Shown one piece after another: positions 1 through 8,227 of a stretch of DNA of 36,881 nt. This DNA is from Candidatus Kaiserbacteria bacterium RIFCSPLOWO2_01_FULL_54_20. Lineage in GTDB: Bacteria > Patescibacteriota > Minisyncoccia > Phycocordibacterales > UBA2100. Each line of letters opens with the position of its first letter. Position 1 is the stretch's first letter. The stretch covers positions 12,000 through 48,880 of the forward strand of contig MFMA01000027.1 of the NCBI GenBank assembly GCA_001783355.1, read 5' to 3'. The notes under the pieces were generated by a model. The model was not told where the DNA came from and searched no databases. It saw nothing but the letters and a program-made list of their open reading frames with translations. Made by a program: the position numbers and the translations under genes.

Positions 1-85
1 CGCAAGCGTTCATTTCGCTCGGTCTGGCGACTGTCATTTTCTTCATAAACAAAAAATATATCTTCAGGCAGCGGGAGATACCGGC

Positions 86-1738
86 TTAGTTTATTTTGCG
101 CACGACGTACGAATTGCCGAGCTGCTCGGAAGAGAGGAATTCCGGCAGGGCGTTTATATCCTGCGGCGCGATCTCGCACGCCTCGAGGTGAAGTTCAAAG
201 CACGAACCTGCACCGATCTCTGCTGTGGTGCACAGGTTGTCGCAGCGTCGGCTGACCATCCATATTGAATGCGTGTCAGAAAGTCGTTCGATATACGCTT
301 GTTCCTCTTCCTTCGTGTAGGCGATGAAGGCGAGCGGCATGAAGTCGGGCTCTTTCGATAGGAGCCCTCTGTTTTCGAGCAAAAAACGGAAGCGTCCCAT
401 GTCGAGCCGGGTCTCACCTTGAAGCGGGAGGGACTCGTAGTTCACTGGCAGCGTAAGGCGTTTCGCCGACCAGTCGGTGAGAAATACATTGTCGGCCGAG
501 TTGTATTTCTCCATGATAATTTTTTGCAGGTCGACTTCAGAGGATTGGCGGGAGTAGAGTTGAATGGCGTGAGTATTGATGACCGCGAAGAGCGCAACGC
601 TGAAAAAAAGCGCCGTAAGCATCGCCTTTCTGCCCAGCTCGCCGAAGAGGATTGCAGCCGAAAAAGACGCAGCCATGGTAAAGAAGATTGCATACCTCGG
701 CCCTATGTCGAATCCGATACCAACGTGGAAGATGAGAAATACGAGGACCGGATGCATTGCGGCGATCATGAACCACATCCGTTTGCGCGGATCGGCAAGG
801 AGCGCGCGATTTCTATAAACCGTTCCCCCAATGACGAGCAGAGCTCCCGGGTAGAGAACGATCAAAGGGTGCGAGGATATGGCAAAAGAGAGGGGGCTGA
901 GGATATTAGTATTCGCCGTAATCTCCTCAAAAATCTCCCGGATCGAGTAGAGGCGCCAGAGAAAACCGATCTGTGTCGCTGCAAATAGGCCGAAGAGCCA
1001 CCAGTATTTCAGAAAGTAGTTCCAAAGATCGCGAAAACTGAAGTGTCGAAGAAGGAGCGCGTAGAGAACGAGGAGCGCGATAGAGAAGGCACCGACCCAG
1101 CTTTGGAAGAAAGTGAGAACGCCACTCCACATGAAGAGCGCGACGTACCGGTTTTTGGATATGAACGGTTCGCTCTGATGCGCGAGATAGTATTCTTGCG
1201 CAATAAAAAGCGCGCTCATTGCGGCGACGAAGATGATGTAGAACACCCACATTTTTGCTGTGTGGAGGAATTCGATGACCAAGACGTTGCTTAAGAGCAA
1301 AAAGAGAAAGAGCGTGAGGGTGAGCGCTAGTGGACGCGGAATATCCCTCTTCTTGAAGTAGAAGAAAAAGAAGAGGATCGTTCCGAGAGCGGCGATGCCG
1401 CCCACGAGCCGAAGTATATGCAGAAGTTCTCCGGTGTTGATGGCGACCCATATCTTTGCCGCCATGACGGAAAAGTCGGAAGCTGCGACCACTACTCCGA
1501 GCACCGGCACGAGTACGAGCGCATCTATATAAGTCTGTGGGCCGCCGTAGTAGGCCCCCGAGGGTGAGAATTCCCAGCCCGGCAGTGTCATTTTCTCTAT
1601 CGAGAAGAGTGCGGTCGACAGAAAATAACTCTCATCACCCACGATATCCGGGTTGTTGCCGTAGGGATTGGGAAACAGGACCCCTGCGGCGAGAAAGAGG
1701 AATAGGCCGACCAGTAGTAGGTTTTTCACTATCGGCAT
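86..1738 (-). CDS. Polytopic integral membrane protein. Candidate GT-C-fold (ArnT/PMT-like) glycosyltransferase with a ~150-aa soluble C-terminal domain.
   Basis: 550-aa ORF with at least 10 hydrophobic segments. Acidic GDESYF motif in the first loop after TM1, as in GT-C enzymes. Non-hydrophobic C-terminal tail with 4 Cys. No family-specific motif recognised beyond this. Confidence 0.55.
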   Translation of the reverse strand: MPIVKNLLLVGLFLFLAAGVLFPNPYGNNPDIVGDESYFLSTALFSIEKMTLPGWEFSPSGAYYGGPQTYIDALVLVPVLGVVVAASDFSVMAAKIWVAINTGELLHILRLVGGIAALGTILFFFFYFKKRDIPRPLALTLTLFLFLLLSNVLVIEFLHTAKMWVFYIIFVAAMSALFIAQEYYLAHQSEPFISKNRYVALFMWSGVLTFFQSWVGAFSIALLVLYALLLRHFSFRDLWNYFLKYWWLFGLFAATQIGFLWRLYSIREIFEEITANTNILSPLSFAISSHPLIVLYPGALLVIGGTVYRNRALLADPRKRMWFMIAAMHPVLVFLIFHVGIGFDIGPRYAIFFTMAASFSAAILFGELGRKAMLTALFFSVALFAVINTHAIQLYSRQSSEVDLQKIIMEKYNSADNVFLTDWSAKRLTLPVNYESLPLQGETRLDMGRFRFLLENRGLLSKEPDFMPLAFIAYTKEEEQAYIERLSDTHSIWMVSRRCDNLCTTAEIGAGSCFELHLEACEIAPQDINALPEFLSSEQLGNSYVVRKIN

Positions 1739-1744
1739 TGTGCC

Positions 1745-1750
1745 AGTATA
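1745..1750 (-). promoter_or_regulatory. -10-like hexamer TATACT placed 6 nt upstream of the ATG at 1738 (leaderless geometry)
   Basis: The minus strand reads TATACT-GGCACA-ATG. The site lies in the 31-bp divergent spacer 1739-1769. The same AT-rich box read on the + strand gives TATAGT (1747-1752), 17 nt upstream of the ATG at 1770. Confidence 0.35.
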
Positions 1751-1769
1751 GTATGTTTACGGCATCACT

Positions 1770-2420
1770 ATGAATATCTCAATAAGAAGCGCAGTTTCCG
1801 GCGCGCTTGCGGGCAAGACCATCGGGCGGGTGTATTTTAACGATGCGGTGCGCGTATATGCAAAGGAACTCTCGGGACGCGTGCTCGATCTCGCCGGCGG
1901 CGCCTCGCCGAGCTACCTGCCTCTTCTTCCCGCGGGGATCGACCTCGTCCGCACCGACCTCGTCGCGTCGCCGGGCGTCGAGGCGGTCGACATCAATGCA
2001 CCGCTCCCTTTTCCCGACTCATCATTTGATTCCGTACTGCTTTTTAATGCGCTCTATGCCGTTGAAGAGCCGGACGCGCTCGCGCGCGAGATATGCCGGG
2101 TGCTGAAAAAAGGAGGAACGTGGTATCTCGCCTCGCCATTCATTGCGAACGAGATGCCGGAGCCGCACGATTACGTGAGATATACCGCCGAAGGTTTGGA
2201 GCGCTTAATAAAAAAGGCGGGGTTCTCGTCGATAGCAGTAGAGCGGCTCGGAGAGCGGGCGAGCGCGGCGGTGCAGATAAAACACCCGTTCTATCTATTC
2301 AACTTCGTTCGCGCGTTCATCTTTCCGCTCGCGCTCCTCGCCGACCGTCTGATCCCAAAATCTGCGCGCGCCGCTCACCCGACGCCGCTCGGGTATTTCG
2401 TTCGAAGTGTAAAATCATGA
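1770..2420 (+). CDS. Class I SAM-dependent methyltransferase (Methyltransf_11-like)
   Basis: 216 aa. Motif I-like VLDLAGG, and LKKGGTWYL post-motif typical of type 11 methyltransferases. Its stop overlaps the next start (ATGA at 2417-2420). Confidence 0.75.
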   Translation: MNISIRSAVSGALAGKTIGRVYFNDAVRVYAKELSGRVLDLAGGASPSYLPLLPAGIDLVRTDLVASPGVEAVDINAPLPFPDSSFDSVLLFNALYAVEEPDALAREICRVLKKGGTWYLASPFIANEMPEPHDYVRYTAEGLERLIKKAGFSSIAVERLGERASAAVQIKHPFYLFNFVRAFIFPLALLADRLIPKSARAAHPTPLGYFVRSVKS

Positions 2421-3535
2421 AAAAGATCAAGATCGTCATCTGCATCAATGACTTTTTGGTCGGCGGGGCACAGCGGATGCTTGCCGACATGATGCGTCGC
2501 TTGGACACGGAGCGATACGAGCCTATCCTCGTCACACTTTTTTTCTGGGAGGGCAGGGAATACTTTTATGAGCTCGTGCCGCCTAGTGTGCCGGTGTACC
2601 GCCTTTCGTTCGGGGGTTTTTGGGATATTGGCAGCTGGCTCAAGCTGTATTCCTTGTTGCGAGCGCTCGACCCGGACATCGTGCTCTCGAACCTTTTTTT
2701 CTCAAATACCGTCTTACGTCTCCTCAAGCCGCTGTTCAGATACAAGGTGGTCATCGTAGAACACAACACCTATGTCAAAAAGACAAAGTTGCACCAGGGA
2801 GTAGACAGACTCCTCGCGCGTCTCACGGCGTGTATCGTCGCCGTATCGAATACCGTCGCGAGGTTCACCTCGAAGCAGGAGGGGATACCGATGGAAAAAT
2901 TTCGCGTGATACAGAACGGTGTAGATATCGCGGCTCTGCAGGCGGAATGCGACCGATATGACCCCGCCGAGGTAAAAGAAGAGCTTGGCATCGGGAGAGA
3001 TGCGCATGTGCTGTTGAACATTGCGCGGCTCACGACGCAAAAAAATCCGCGATTGCTCATCGACGGGTTCGCGCTCTTTGCGAGTTCGCATCCCAATTAT
3101 GTGCTCGTCATCGTGGGAGGAGGCCCGAAATGGGACGCGCTTCTTAAGGCGCAGGCGAAGGAGCTCGGCATCGAGAGCCAGGTATTTCTCATGGGTACTA
3201 GAAAAGACGTTGCGCGATTTTATGCCATCGCCGACGTATTTGTTTCTACATCAACGATAGAGGGTTTCGGCATCGCGCATGCTGAAGCGCTTGCCTGCGG
3301 CGTGCCGGTCCTTACGACCAAGACCGCCGGCCCGGACGAAATGATAGAAGAGGGGATAAACGGGTTCTTTATCAGTGAGTCTACTCCGCAAGCAGTGCAG
3401 GAAGGGTTGGAGCGAATGGTTGCCGCGGACCTTCCGGCGATGCGCTTGAACGCGAAAGAAAGCGCGAAAAAATATGGTATTGATAGCACAACGACAGCCT
3501 ACGAAGAACTTTTCCGCGACGTATTGAATGTATGA
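2417..3535 (+). CDS. GT4-family (Glycos_transf_1) glycosyltransferase
   Basis: The track ORF 2093..3535 was trimmed to the ATG at 2417 (MKKIKIVICINDF...), which overlaps the upstream stop as ATGA. C-terminal EGFGIAHAEALACGVPV (E-x7-E) motif. The 5' extension is Arg-rich and overlaps the methyltransferase. Confidence 0.85.
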   Translation: MKKIKIVICINDFLVGGAQRMLADMMRRLDTERYEPILVTLFFWEGREYFYELVPPSVPVYRLSFGGFWDIGSWLKLYSLLRALDPDIVLSNLFFSNTVLRLLKPLFRYKVVIVEHNTYVKKTKLHQGVDRLLARLTACIVAVSNTVARFTSKQEGIPMEKFRVIQNGVDIAALQAECDRYDPAEVKEELGIGRDAHVLLNIARLTTQKNPRLLIDGFALFASSHPNYVLVIVGGGPKWDALLKAQAKELGIESQVFLMGTRKDVARFYAIADVFVSTSTIEGFGIAHAEALACGVPVLTTKTAGPDEMIEEGINGFFISESTPQAVQEGLERMVAADLPAMRLNAKESAKKYGIDSTTTAYEELFRDVLNV

Positions 3536-4683
3536 AGAACGGACGCATCAAAGTAGCGCTCATGTCGCATCCGATGGACAACCGCGCCGGCAAAGGCACG
3601 GCTCTTTACACTCGAAAACTCATCGAAGAGCTGCTCAAGAATGAGCGGTTGGAAATTACTCTCGTACACTACGACGCCGTACCCGATAAGCTCTACAAGA
3701 AAGCTCGTGAAATAGTTATTCCGCAGATACCTCACCTCCCCTTCGGCACGAGGTTCGTACGAACATTGCTTTTTTTCTGGAAATATCGCAAAGAGAAGTT
3801 TGACATCATCCACTGGTTCCAGCCGCGCCTCTACCCGTTCTTTTGGCTTGCTCCCGCGCGTTTCTCGGTCGTGACGGCGCACGGTGGGGCTGACGTAACC
3901 GCGCCCGGGCAGTTTCCGCTTTCTCGGCACATCTACAATTTCATTATGCGATATTTTCATCCGTGGATTGCCGGTGTCATCGGAGATTCCGAATTCGGGC
4001 GAAACGAAATAATAGAAGCGTATGGAATACCGCCTGAAAAAGTCCACACTATATACCTCGGTGGCAGCGAGGATTTCAAGGCTCTCGATAAAACAGTAGC
4101 TCAAAGGATTATTTTTGAACGGTACAAGATTCGAGCGCCGTTTATTCTCGACGTCTCACGCCTCGAGCCGCACAAAAATGTCGATACACTCATTCGCGCC
4201 TATGAATCTCTGCGGCGCGAGAGTTCTATTACGCCCGCGCTTATCATCGTTGGAGCCAAGCGATTTGGTGCGGAAAAGACGCTTGCCCTAGCAACAGCGT
4301 CGTTATATGCGAAAGACATCATATTTCTACATTTCGTAGAGCAACAAGATCTCAACGCGCTGTATTCGGCAGCAGATGTATTCGTTTTTCCTTCGCTTAA
4401 TGAGGGGTTCGGATTGCCCATCGTGGAGGCGTTCGCTTCCGGAACTCCCGTCGTCACATCGAATGTAACTGCGATGCCAGAGATAGCAGGAGACGCGGCG
4501 ATAACGGTCTATCCGACGGATACAAAAGCGCTTGCGGGCGCTATGGCTCGTGTCCTTTCCGACGCGTCGCTAAGGGAAACACTCATACAAAAAGGCCTGA
4601 ATCGTGCCAAGACTTTCACATGGGCCGAGACGGCAAACAAAACCCTGGAACTCTACCAAGCTATTTTATCGCGCAAAGATTGA
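3532..4683 (+). CDS. GT4-family glycosyltransferase
   Basis: 383 aa. NEGFGLPIVEAFASGTPVVTS E-x7-E motif. ATGA overlap with the upstream GT4 gene. Confidence 0.85.
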   Translation: MKNGRIKVALMSHPMDNRAGKGTALYTRKLIEELLKNERLEITLVHYDAVPDKLYKKAREIVIPQIPHLPFGTRFVRTLLFFWKYRKEKFDIIHWFQPRLYPFFWLAPARFSVVTAHGGADVTAPGQFPLSRHIYNFIMRYFHPWIAGVIGDSEFGRNEIIEAYGIPPEKVHTIYLGGSEDFKALDKTVAQRIIFERYKIRAPFILDVSRLEPHKNVDTLIRAYESLRRESSITPALIIVGAKRFGAEKTLALATASLYAKDIIFLHFVEQQDLNALYSAADVFVFPSLNEGFGLPIVEAFASGTPVVTSNVTAMPEIAGDAAITVYPTDTKALAGAMARVLSDASLRETLIQKGLNRAKTFTWAETANKTLELYQAILSRKD

Positions 4684-4731
4684 CTTCTTATTGAATCAGA
4701 GCAGAGCGTGTTTGGCAGTCATTGAGTGTTC

Positions 4732-4761
4732 TTGACACGTGCAATGTGAACGGCGTATAAC
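4732..4761 (+). promoter_or_regulatory. Sigma70-like promoter candidate for the LamG gene
   Basis: TTGACA (4732-4737), 18-nt spacer, TATAAC (4756-4761), in the 110-bp spacer 4684-4793. An alternative -10, TATTAT, lies at 4771-4776. Confidence 0.35.
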
Positions 4762-4793
4762 TGCGAACAGTATTATCTGCTCATATATTTTTT

Positions 4794-6242
4794 ATGCATA
4801 ACGCTCGCAAGGGATTTACCCGTTCAGAGTATCTGGCGCTTACGATCGCCGCTATCGGCGCTCTGTGTATTACGTCTATCGCACTTGCGGATATTGTCTC
4901 CGGCTCGTTCACCACCAACACCTCCACCAACATCTCCATCACCAACCTTACCCTCTCCAAACCAGCCAGTGTCGTCGCGGGTGATTTCATGCTCGCCAAC
5001 GTTACTCTCAAAGGCGGCTCCGCAGAGAATGTTACGGCTCCAGCGGGGTGGACGCAGATCCGCCGGACGGACAATGGCACGAACGTAAGCATTGTGTCGT
5101 ATTGGAAAGTCGCGGGCGACTCCGAACCCGCCGCCTACACATGGACCATCACTCCGCAGACTAGGGCCGTCGGAGGCATTACGCGATACACGGGTGTAGA
5201 TGCCACAAATCCAATTGATACCTCTTCGGGCAACACTGGTCGCAGTAATGTCGCAACGGCCCCGTCTATCACCACGGCCTCGTCGAATGAAGAGCTCGTC
5301 ACGCTTTTTGCTGCTGATGCCCGCGTTCAGTTCTCAGCGCCGACAGGCATGGTAGAAAAATATGACACAAGCAATGGGTCTAGTCCGTCGACCGCCGAGG
5401 ACGACTCGCTTCAAGCCGCCGCCGGAGCTACGGGACCCAAAACTGCCACGATCAGTTCCAGTAGGCGAAACTGGGCCGCTCAGCTCGTTGCTCTACATCC
5501 CGCAAATATTTTTCCTCCATTTCCAGTCGCGTACTGGAAGTTCGATGAGTCTGGCGGAAATGCTCCCGACACGACCTCAAACAACAATATCCTCACCAAT
5601 AATAATGGTGCAACGTATCAGGCAGGAAAGATGAATAACGGCGCCCTTTTAGTTCCGGCATCGAATCAGTATTTCTCCATTGATGATGCTCTGCAAAGAG
5701 GACTTGATCTCACCAGTGATTTCTCGGCATCCTTCTGGGTCAAGCTCAATTCATTGCCTGGGGCCAGTGCAGAATATCGAGTTTTCTCGAAGCAAGATGG
5801 TAGTAGTAGCAACAATTCGTACAATGTCATGATCGGAAGTGGTGCGATTGGGGACAATCAAATATACGTATTTTGGAGTGATGATGGATCGGTCGGTCAG
5901 ACTGGCCAATCTCACCTCGGCGAGTACGATGGGCCTGCCGACTACTTTATAAGCGGGGATGTTGGAAACTGGGTCCACATCGCAATTGTTGCAGATGTGG
6001 CGAATCAGTCAGTGACTGTATATAAAAACAATATCCCCACTACTCTAACAAAAAGAGGAGGTAGCAATGCCTCGAGCATCTTCAATGGCACATCGCCACT
6101 GACAATCGGGAGCGTCAATATTGATTCAACCCCAGTACGAATTCTGGACGGAGAGATTGATGAGCTGGGTATATGGAATCGCAAGCTTACTTCGGGTGAA
6201 GTGAGTACCTTGTACAACGGCGGAAATGGCATATCTTTATAA
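4794..6242 (+). CDS. Secreted or anchored protein with three parts: a prepilin-like N-terminus, a Ser/Thr/Asn-rich beta-rich middle region, and a C-terminal LamG (Laminin_G_3 / concanavalin-A-like lectin) domain
   Basis: The N-terminus is MHNARKG|FTRSE followed by a hydrophobic helix (G at -1, F at +1, E at +5). From aa ~245 (nt ~5526) the LamG_3 hallmarks appear: YWKFDESGGN...FSASFWVKLNSL...VHIAIVAD...LTIGS...LDGEIDELGIWNRKLTSGEV. Confidence 0.75.
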   Translation: MHNARKGFTRSEYLALTIAAIGALCITSIALADIVSGSFTTNTSTNISITNLTLSKPASVVAGDFMLANVTLKGGSAENVTAPAGWTQIRRTDNGTNVSIVSYWKVAGDSEPAAYTWTITPQTRAVGGITRYTGVDATNPIDTSSGNTGRSNVATAPSITTASSNEELVTLFAADARVQFSAPTGMVEKYDTSNGSSPSTAEDDSLQAAAGATGPKTATISSSRRNWAAQLVALHPANIFPPFPVAYWKFDESGGNAPDTTSNNNILTNNNGATYQAGKMNNGALLVPASNQYFSIDDALQRGLDLTSDFSASFWVKLNSLPGASAEYRVFSKQDGSSSNNSYNVMIGSGAIGDNQIYVFWSDDGSVGQTGQSHLGEYDGPADYFISGDVGNWVHIAIVADVANQSVTVYKNNIPTTLTKRGGSNASSIFNGTSPLTIGSVNIDSTPVRILDGEIDELGIWNRKLTSGEVSTLYNGGNGISL

Positions 6243-6251
6243 ACTTATCCT

Positions 6252-7388
6252 TCAGGCGAACGGAGTGTTTTTCTTGGTGCTTGAAGCAAGGGTTTTGAGC
6301 ATCTCGACGTATTGAGAAGCAACCACATCCGCGTCGAAGAAATGTGCGCGGGCGAGCGCTTTTTTCGAGTATTCCGAACATGCGGCGGGATTGTTGTAGA
6401 AAAATAGAATGTGTTTTCGGAGTTCGTCCACATCGTCCTTTTTGAACGTTACGCCTGCTTCTCCCGCCGCCCACGCCGCGCCGGTATCTTCCGTCGCAAC
6501 GATAGGCAACCCGGCCCGGAGCGCCTCTACGACCACAAGCCCGAACGGCTCGGGCCATCGACATGGATGTATGAAGAGGCTCGCGTGTCGAAAGAAAGCC
6601 AGCAGTTCCTCACGGGGTTTCCATCCATGGAGGTGGACCTGTGTTGCTAGTTTGTTTTCTTCGATGAGTTTTCGCAGCAAAGACTCCTCTCCTCCAGAGC
6701 CGATCACGTGCATATGGATGTCCTGCGGTAATCCTATGGCTGCTTTCACGAATAGGTCGGGGCCCTTATCCCTCACCAGTCGCGCTGCGAATAGCACATG
6801 GAACAATGCCGGGTCGTTAGGATAAGGCGAGGGTAGTGTGCTGGAAGAAGCAATGTCTGCCGGAGAAGAGAGAATGACGCTCCTTTTGAAGCGGTAGCCG
6901 AAGTGTTCGTACTCCTTTTGCACGACTGGAGATTCGAGTATCGCGAGGTCGATAGGGCGCGCGTACCGGACACCGAGCAATTTCTCCCACACATACCACT
7001 TATATCGATGTAGTAGGGAAGTATTCCTCTGTAATCCCATGCCGGGCGTGTAATTATTCAGATTCACGACGACAGGAACTGCGCCGTGCTTCCTGTACAT
7101 TCCTCCGCCCCACATGAGCGTCGGTCCGGCGACCACGTGTACGTCGGCGTCTTGGTTCTCTCGCATCGTGGCCGCAACGCGACGTTGGAGTGCGATAAAG
7201 CCTCCATGAAAGCGTTCCTCGCGCATTTCGCACGGCTTTTCTTTGTAGCTGTTATCGTCCGAAAAAAACGTGGTGAGGACAGGCGTGTGGCCTGCCTTCG
7301 CAACGGCCCGTATGTAGGTTGCGAGCGCGTGATGCGAGCCGCCGCCGGAAGCGGGATTATAGCGGAGGGTATAAAGATAGATTTTCAT
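6252..7388 (-). CDS. GT4-family glycosyltransferase
   Basis: 378 aa. WPEPFGLVVVEALRAGLPIVAT E-x7-E motif. ATGA overlap with the upstream FkbM gene. Confidence 0.85.
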   Translation of the reverse strand: MKIYLYTLRYNPASGGGSHHALATYIRAVAKAGHTPVLTTFFSDDNSYKEKPCEMREERFHGGFIALQRRVAATMRENQDADVHVVAGPTLMWGGGMYRKHGAVPVVVNLNNYTPGMGLQRNTSLLHRYKWYVWEKLLGVRYARPIDLAILESPVVQKEYEHFGYRFKRSVILSSPADIASSSTLPSPYPNDPALFHVLFAARLVRDKGPDLFVKAAIGLPQDIHMHVIGSGGEESLLRKLIEENKLATQVHLHGWKPREELLAFFRHASLFIHPCRWPEPFGLVVVEALRAGLPIVATEDTGAAWAAGEAGVTFKKDDVDELRKHILFFYNNPAACSEYSKKALARAHFFDADVVASQYVEMLKTLASSTKKNTPFA

Positions 7389-8164
7389 CTTTCGAATAGC
7401 ACGTTCGCATAATCGGTCTTTCCTTCGTACAACTGCAGGCCCGTGATGTCGGTAATGGGGGCGCTCTTCACTCCGCCGCGGAGTATACCGTAGGCCTCGA
7501 ATCCTTTTTGCTTCAAAGATGCGATCACGGCAGCCGAGGACGTCCCAGCGCGGGCGAGCGCGTCTGGCTGCAGTTCCATGACGATGCGAAGCGGGCGCTC
7601 GCTCGAGAGTATGCGCTCCATACCGAGCAGCGCACGCGGCTCGCCACCCTCGATGTCCATCTTTATCACATCGACCTCTCCGCGCTCTTTCATGAAAGAA
7701 TCTAACATTAACGCGTTCACGGAAAGTTTTCGTGCCGGGGCATTCGTCGGCACGGTGGTATGGCAGCCGGTTGAATCTTCTATCTCATAAAAATCAATCG
7801 TCCCTTCCGTGTCGGAGACCGCCGTATTGACGATGCGGGTGTTCGAGAATCCCTCGGTATTTTTTTTGAGCAACGAGAAATTATACGGATCCGGCTCAAA
7901 AGCGTACACGTGGCCGCTGGGGCCAACGAGCCGTGAGAATAGCCGCGTGAAATATCCGATGTGGCCTCCGACGTCGAGCACCGTCATGCCCGGCTTGATG
8001 ATCTTCTTAAAAAGGTCGGTCGTATCCTTTTCGTAGCGGTCTCGCAGCATTTCCACTTTCCACTGCCACGGATATTTTGACGGGAATGAGAATTCCGCGA
8101 ACTGCGCCCACGTGTTCACAACAAACACGACTGCTGCCTTGACTACCGCCTTAATGGAGTTCAT
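7385..8164 (-). CDS. FkbM-family SAM-dependent methyltransferase
   Basis: The track ORF 7385..8302 was trimmed to the ATG at 8164 (MNSIKAVV...). VLDVGGHIGYFT and AFEPDPYNF motifs match the FkbM/Methyltransf_21 family. The longer version would overlap the divergent ABC gene. Confidence 0.8.
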   Translation of the reverse strand: MNSIKAVVKAAVVFVVNTWAQFAEFSFPSKYPWQWKVEMLRDRYEKDTTDLFKKIIKPGMTVLDVGGHIGYFTRLFSRLVGPSGHVYAFEPDPYNFSLLKKNTEGFSNTRIVNTAVSDTEGTIDFYEIEDSTGCHTTVPTNAPARKLSVNALMLDSFMKERGEVDVIKMDIEGGEPRALLGMERILSSERPLRIVMELQPDALARAGTSSAAVIASLKQKGFEAYGILRGGVKSAPITDITGLQLYEGKTDYANVLFER

Positions 8165-8167
8165 GGC

Positions 8168-8196
8168 TTGATTATAGGGGAAAATGACCGTAGTAT
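8168..8196 (+). promoter_or_regulatory. Sigma70-like promoter candidate for the ABC exporter operon
   Basis: TTGATT (8168-8173), 17-nt spacer, TAGTAT (8191-8196). The ATG at 8228 lies ~25 nt downstream of the predicted start site. Confidence 0.35.
8171..8176 (-). promoter_or_regulatory. Consensus -10 hexamer TATAAT 6 nt upstream of the ATG at 8164 (leaderless geometry)
   Basis: The minus strand reads TATAAT-CAAGCC-ATG. Confidence 0.45.
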
Positions 8197-8227
8197 CACG
8201 TCGTACCTCTCTTAGGTAGCTTCTCCC

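Noticed and set aside
1-46. Possible start of another minus-strand gene (ATG at 46, MKKMTVARPSEMNAC...) running off the 5' edge
   Set aside because: Only 15 codons are visible, so neither the gene nor a function can be supported.
2093-2416. 108-codon 5' extension of the first GT4 ORF
   Set aside because: It overlaps the methyltransferase in another frame and is Arg-rich. The ATG at 2417 gives a canonical GT4 N-terminus and an ATGA stop-start overlap.
4917-5093. Seven N-x-S/T triplets in the LamG protein, considered as PglB-type N-glycosylation sites
   Set aside because: None has the bacterial D/E-x-N-x-S/T context; acidic residues are at -1, not -2. No PglB/STT3-like protein with WWDYG is present. 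O-glycosylation or simple low-complexity composition is more likely.
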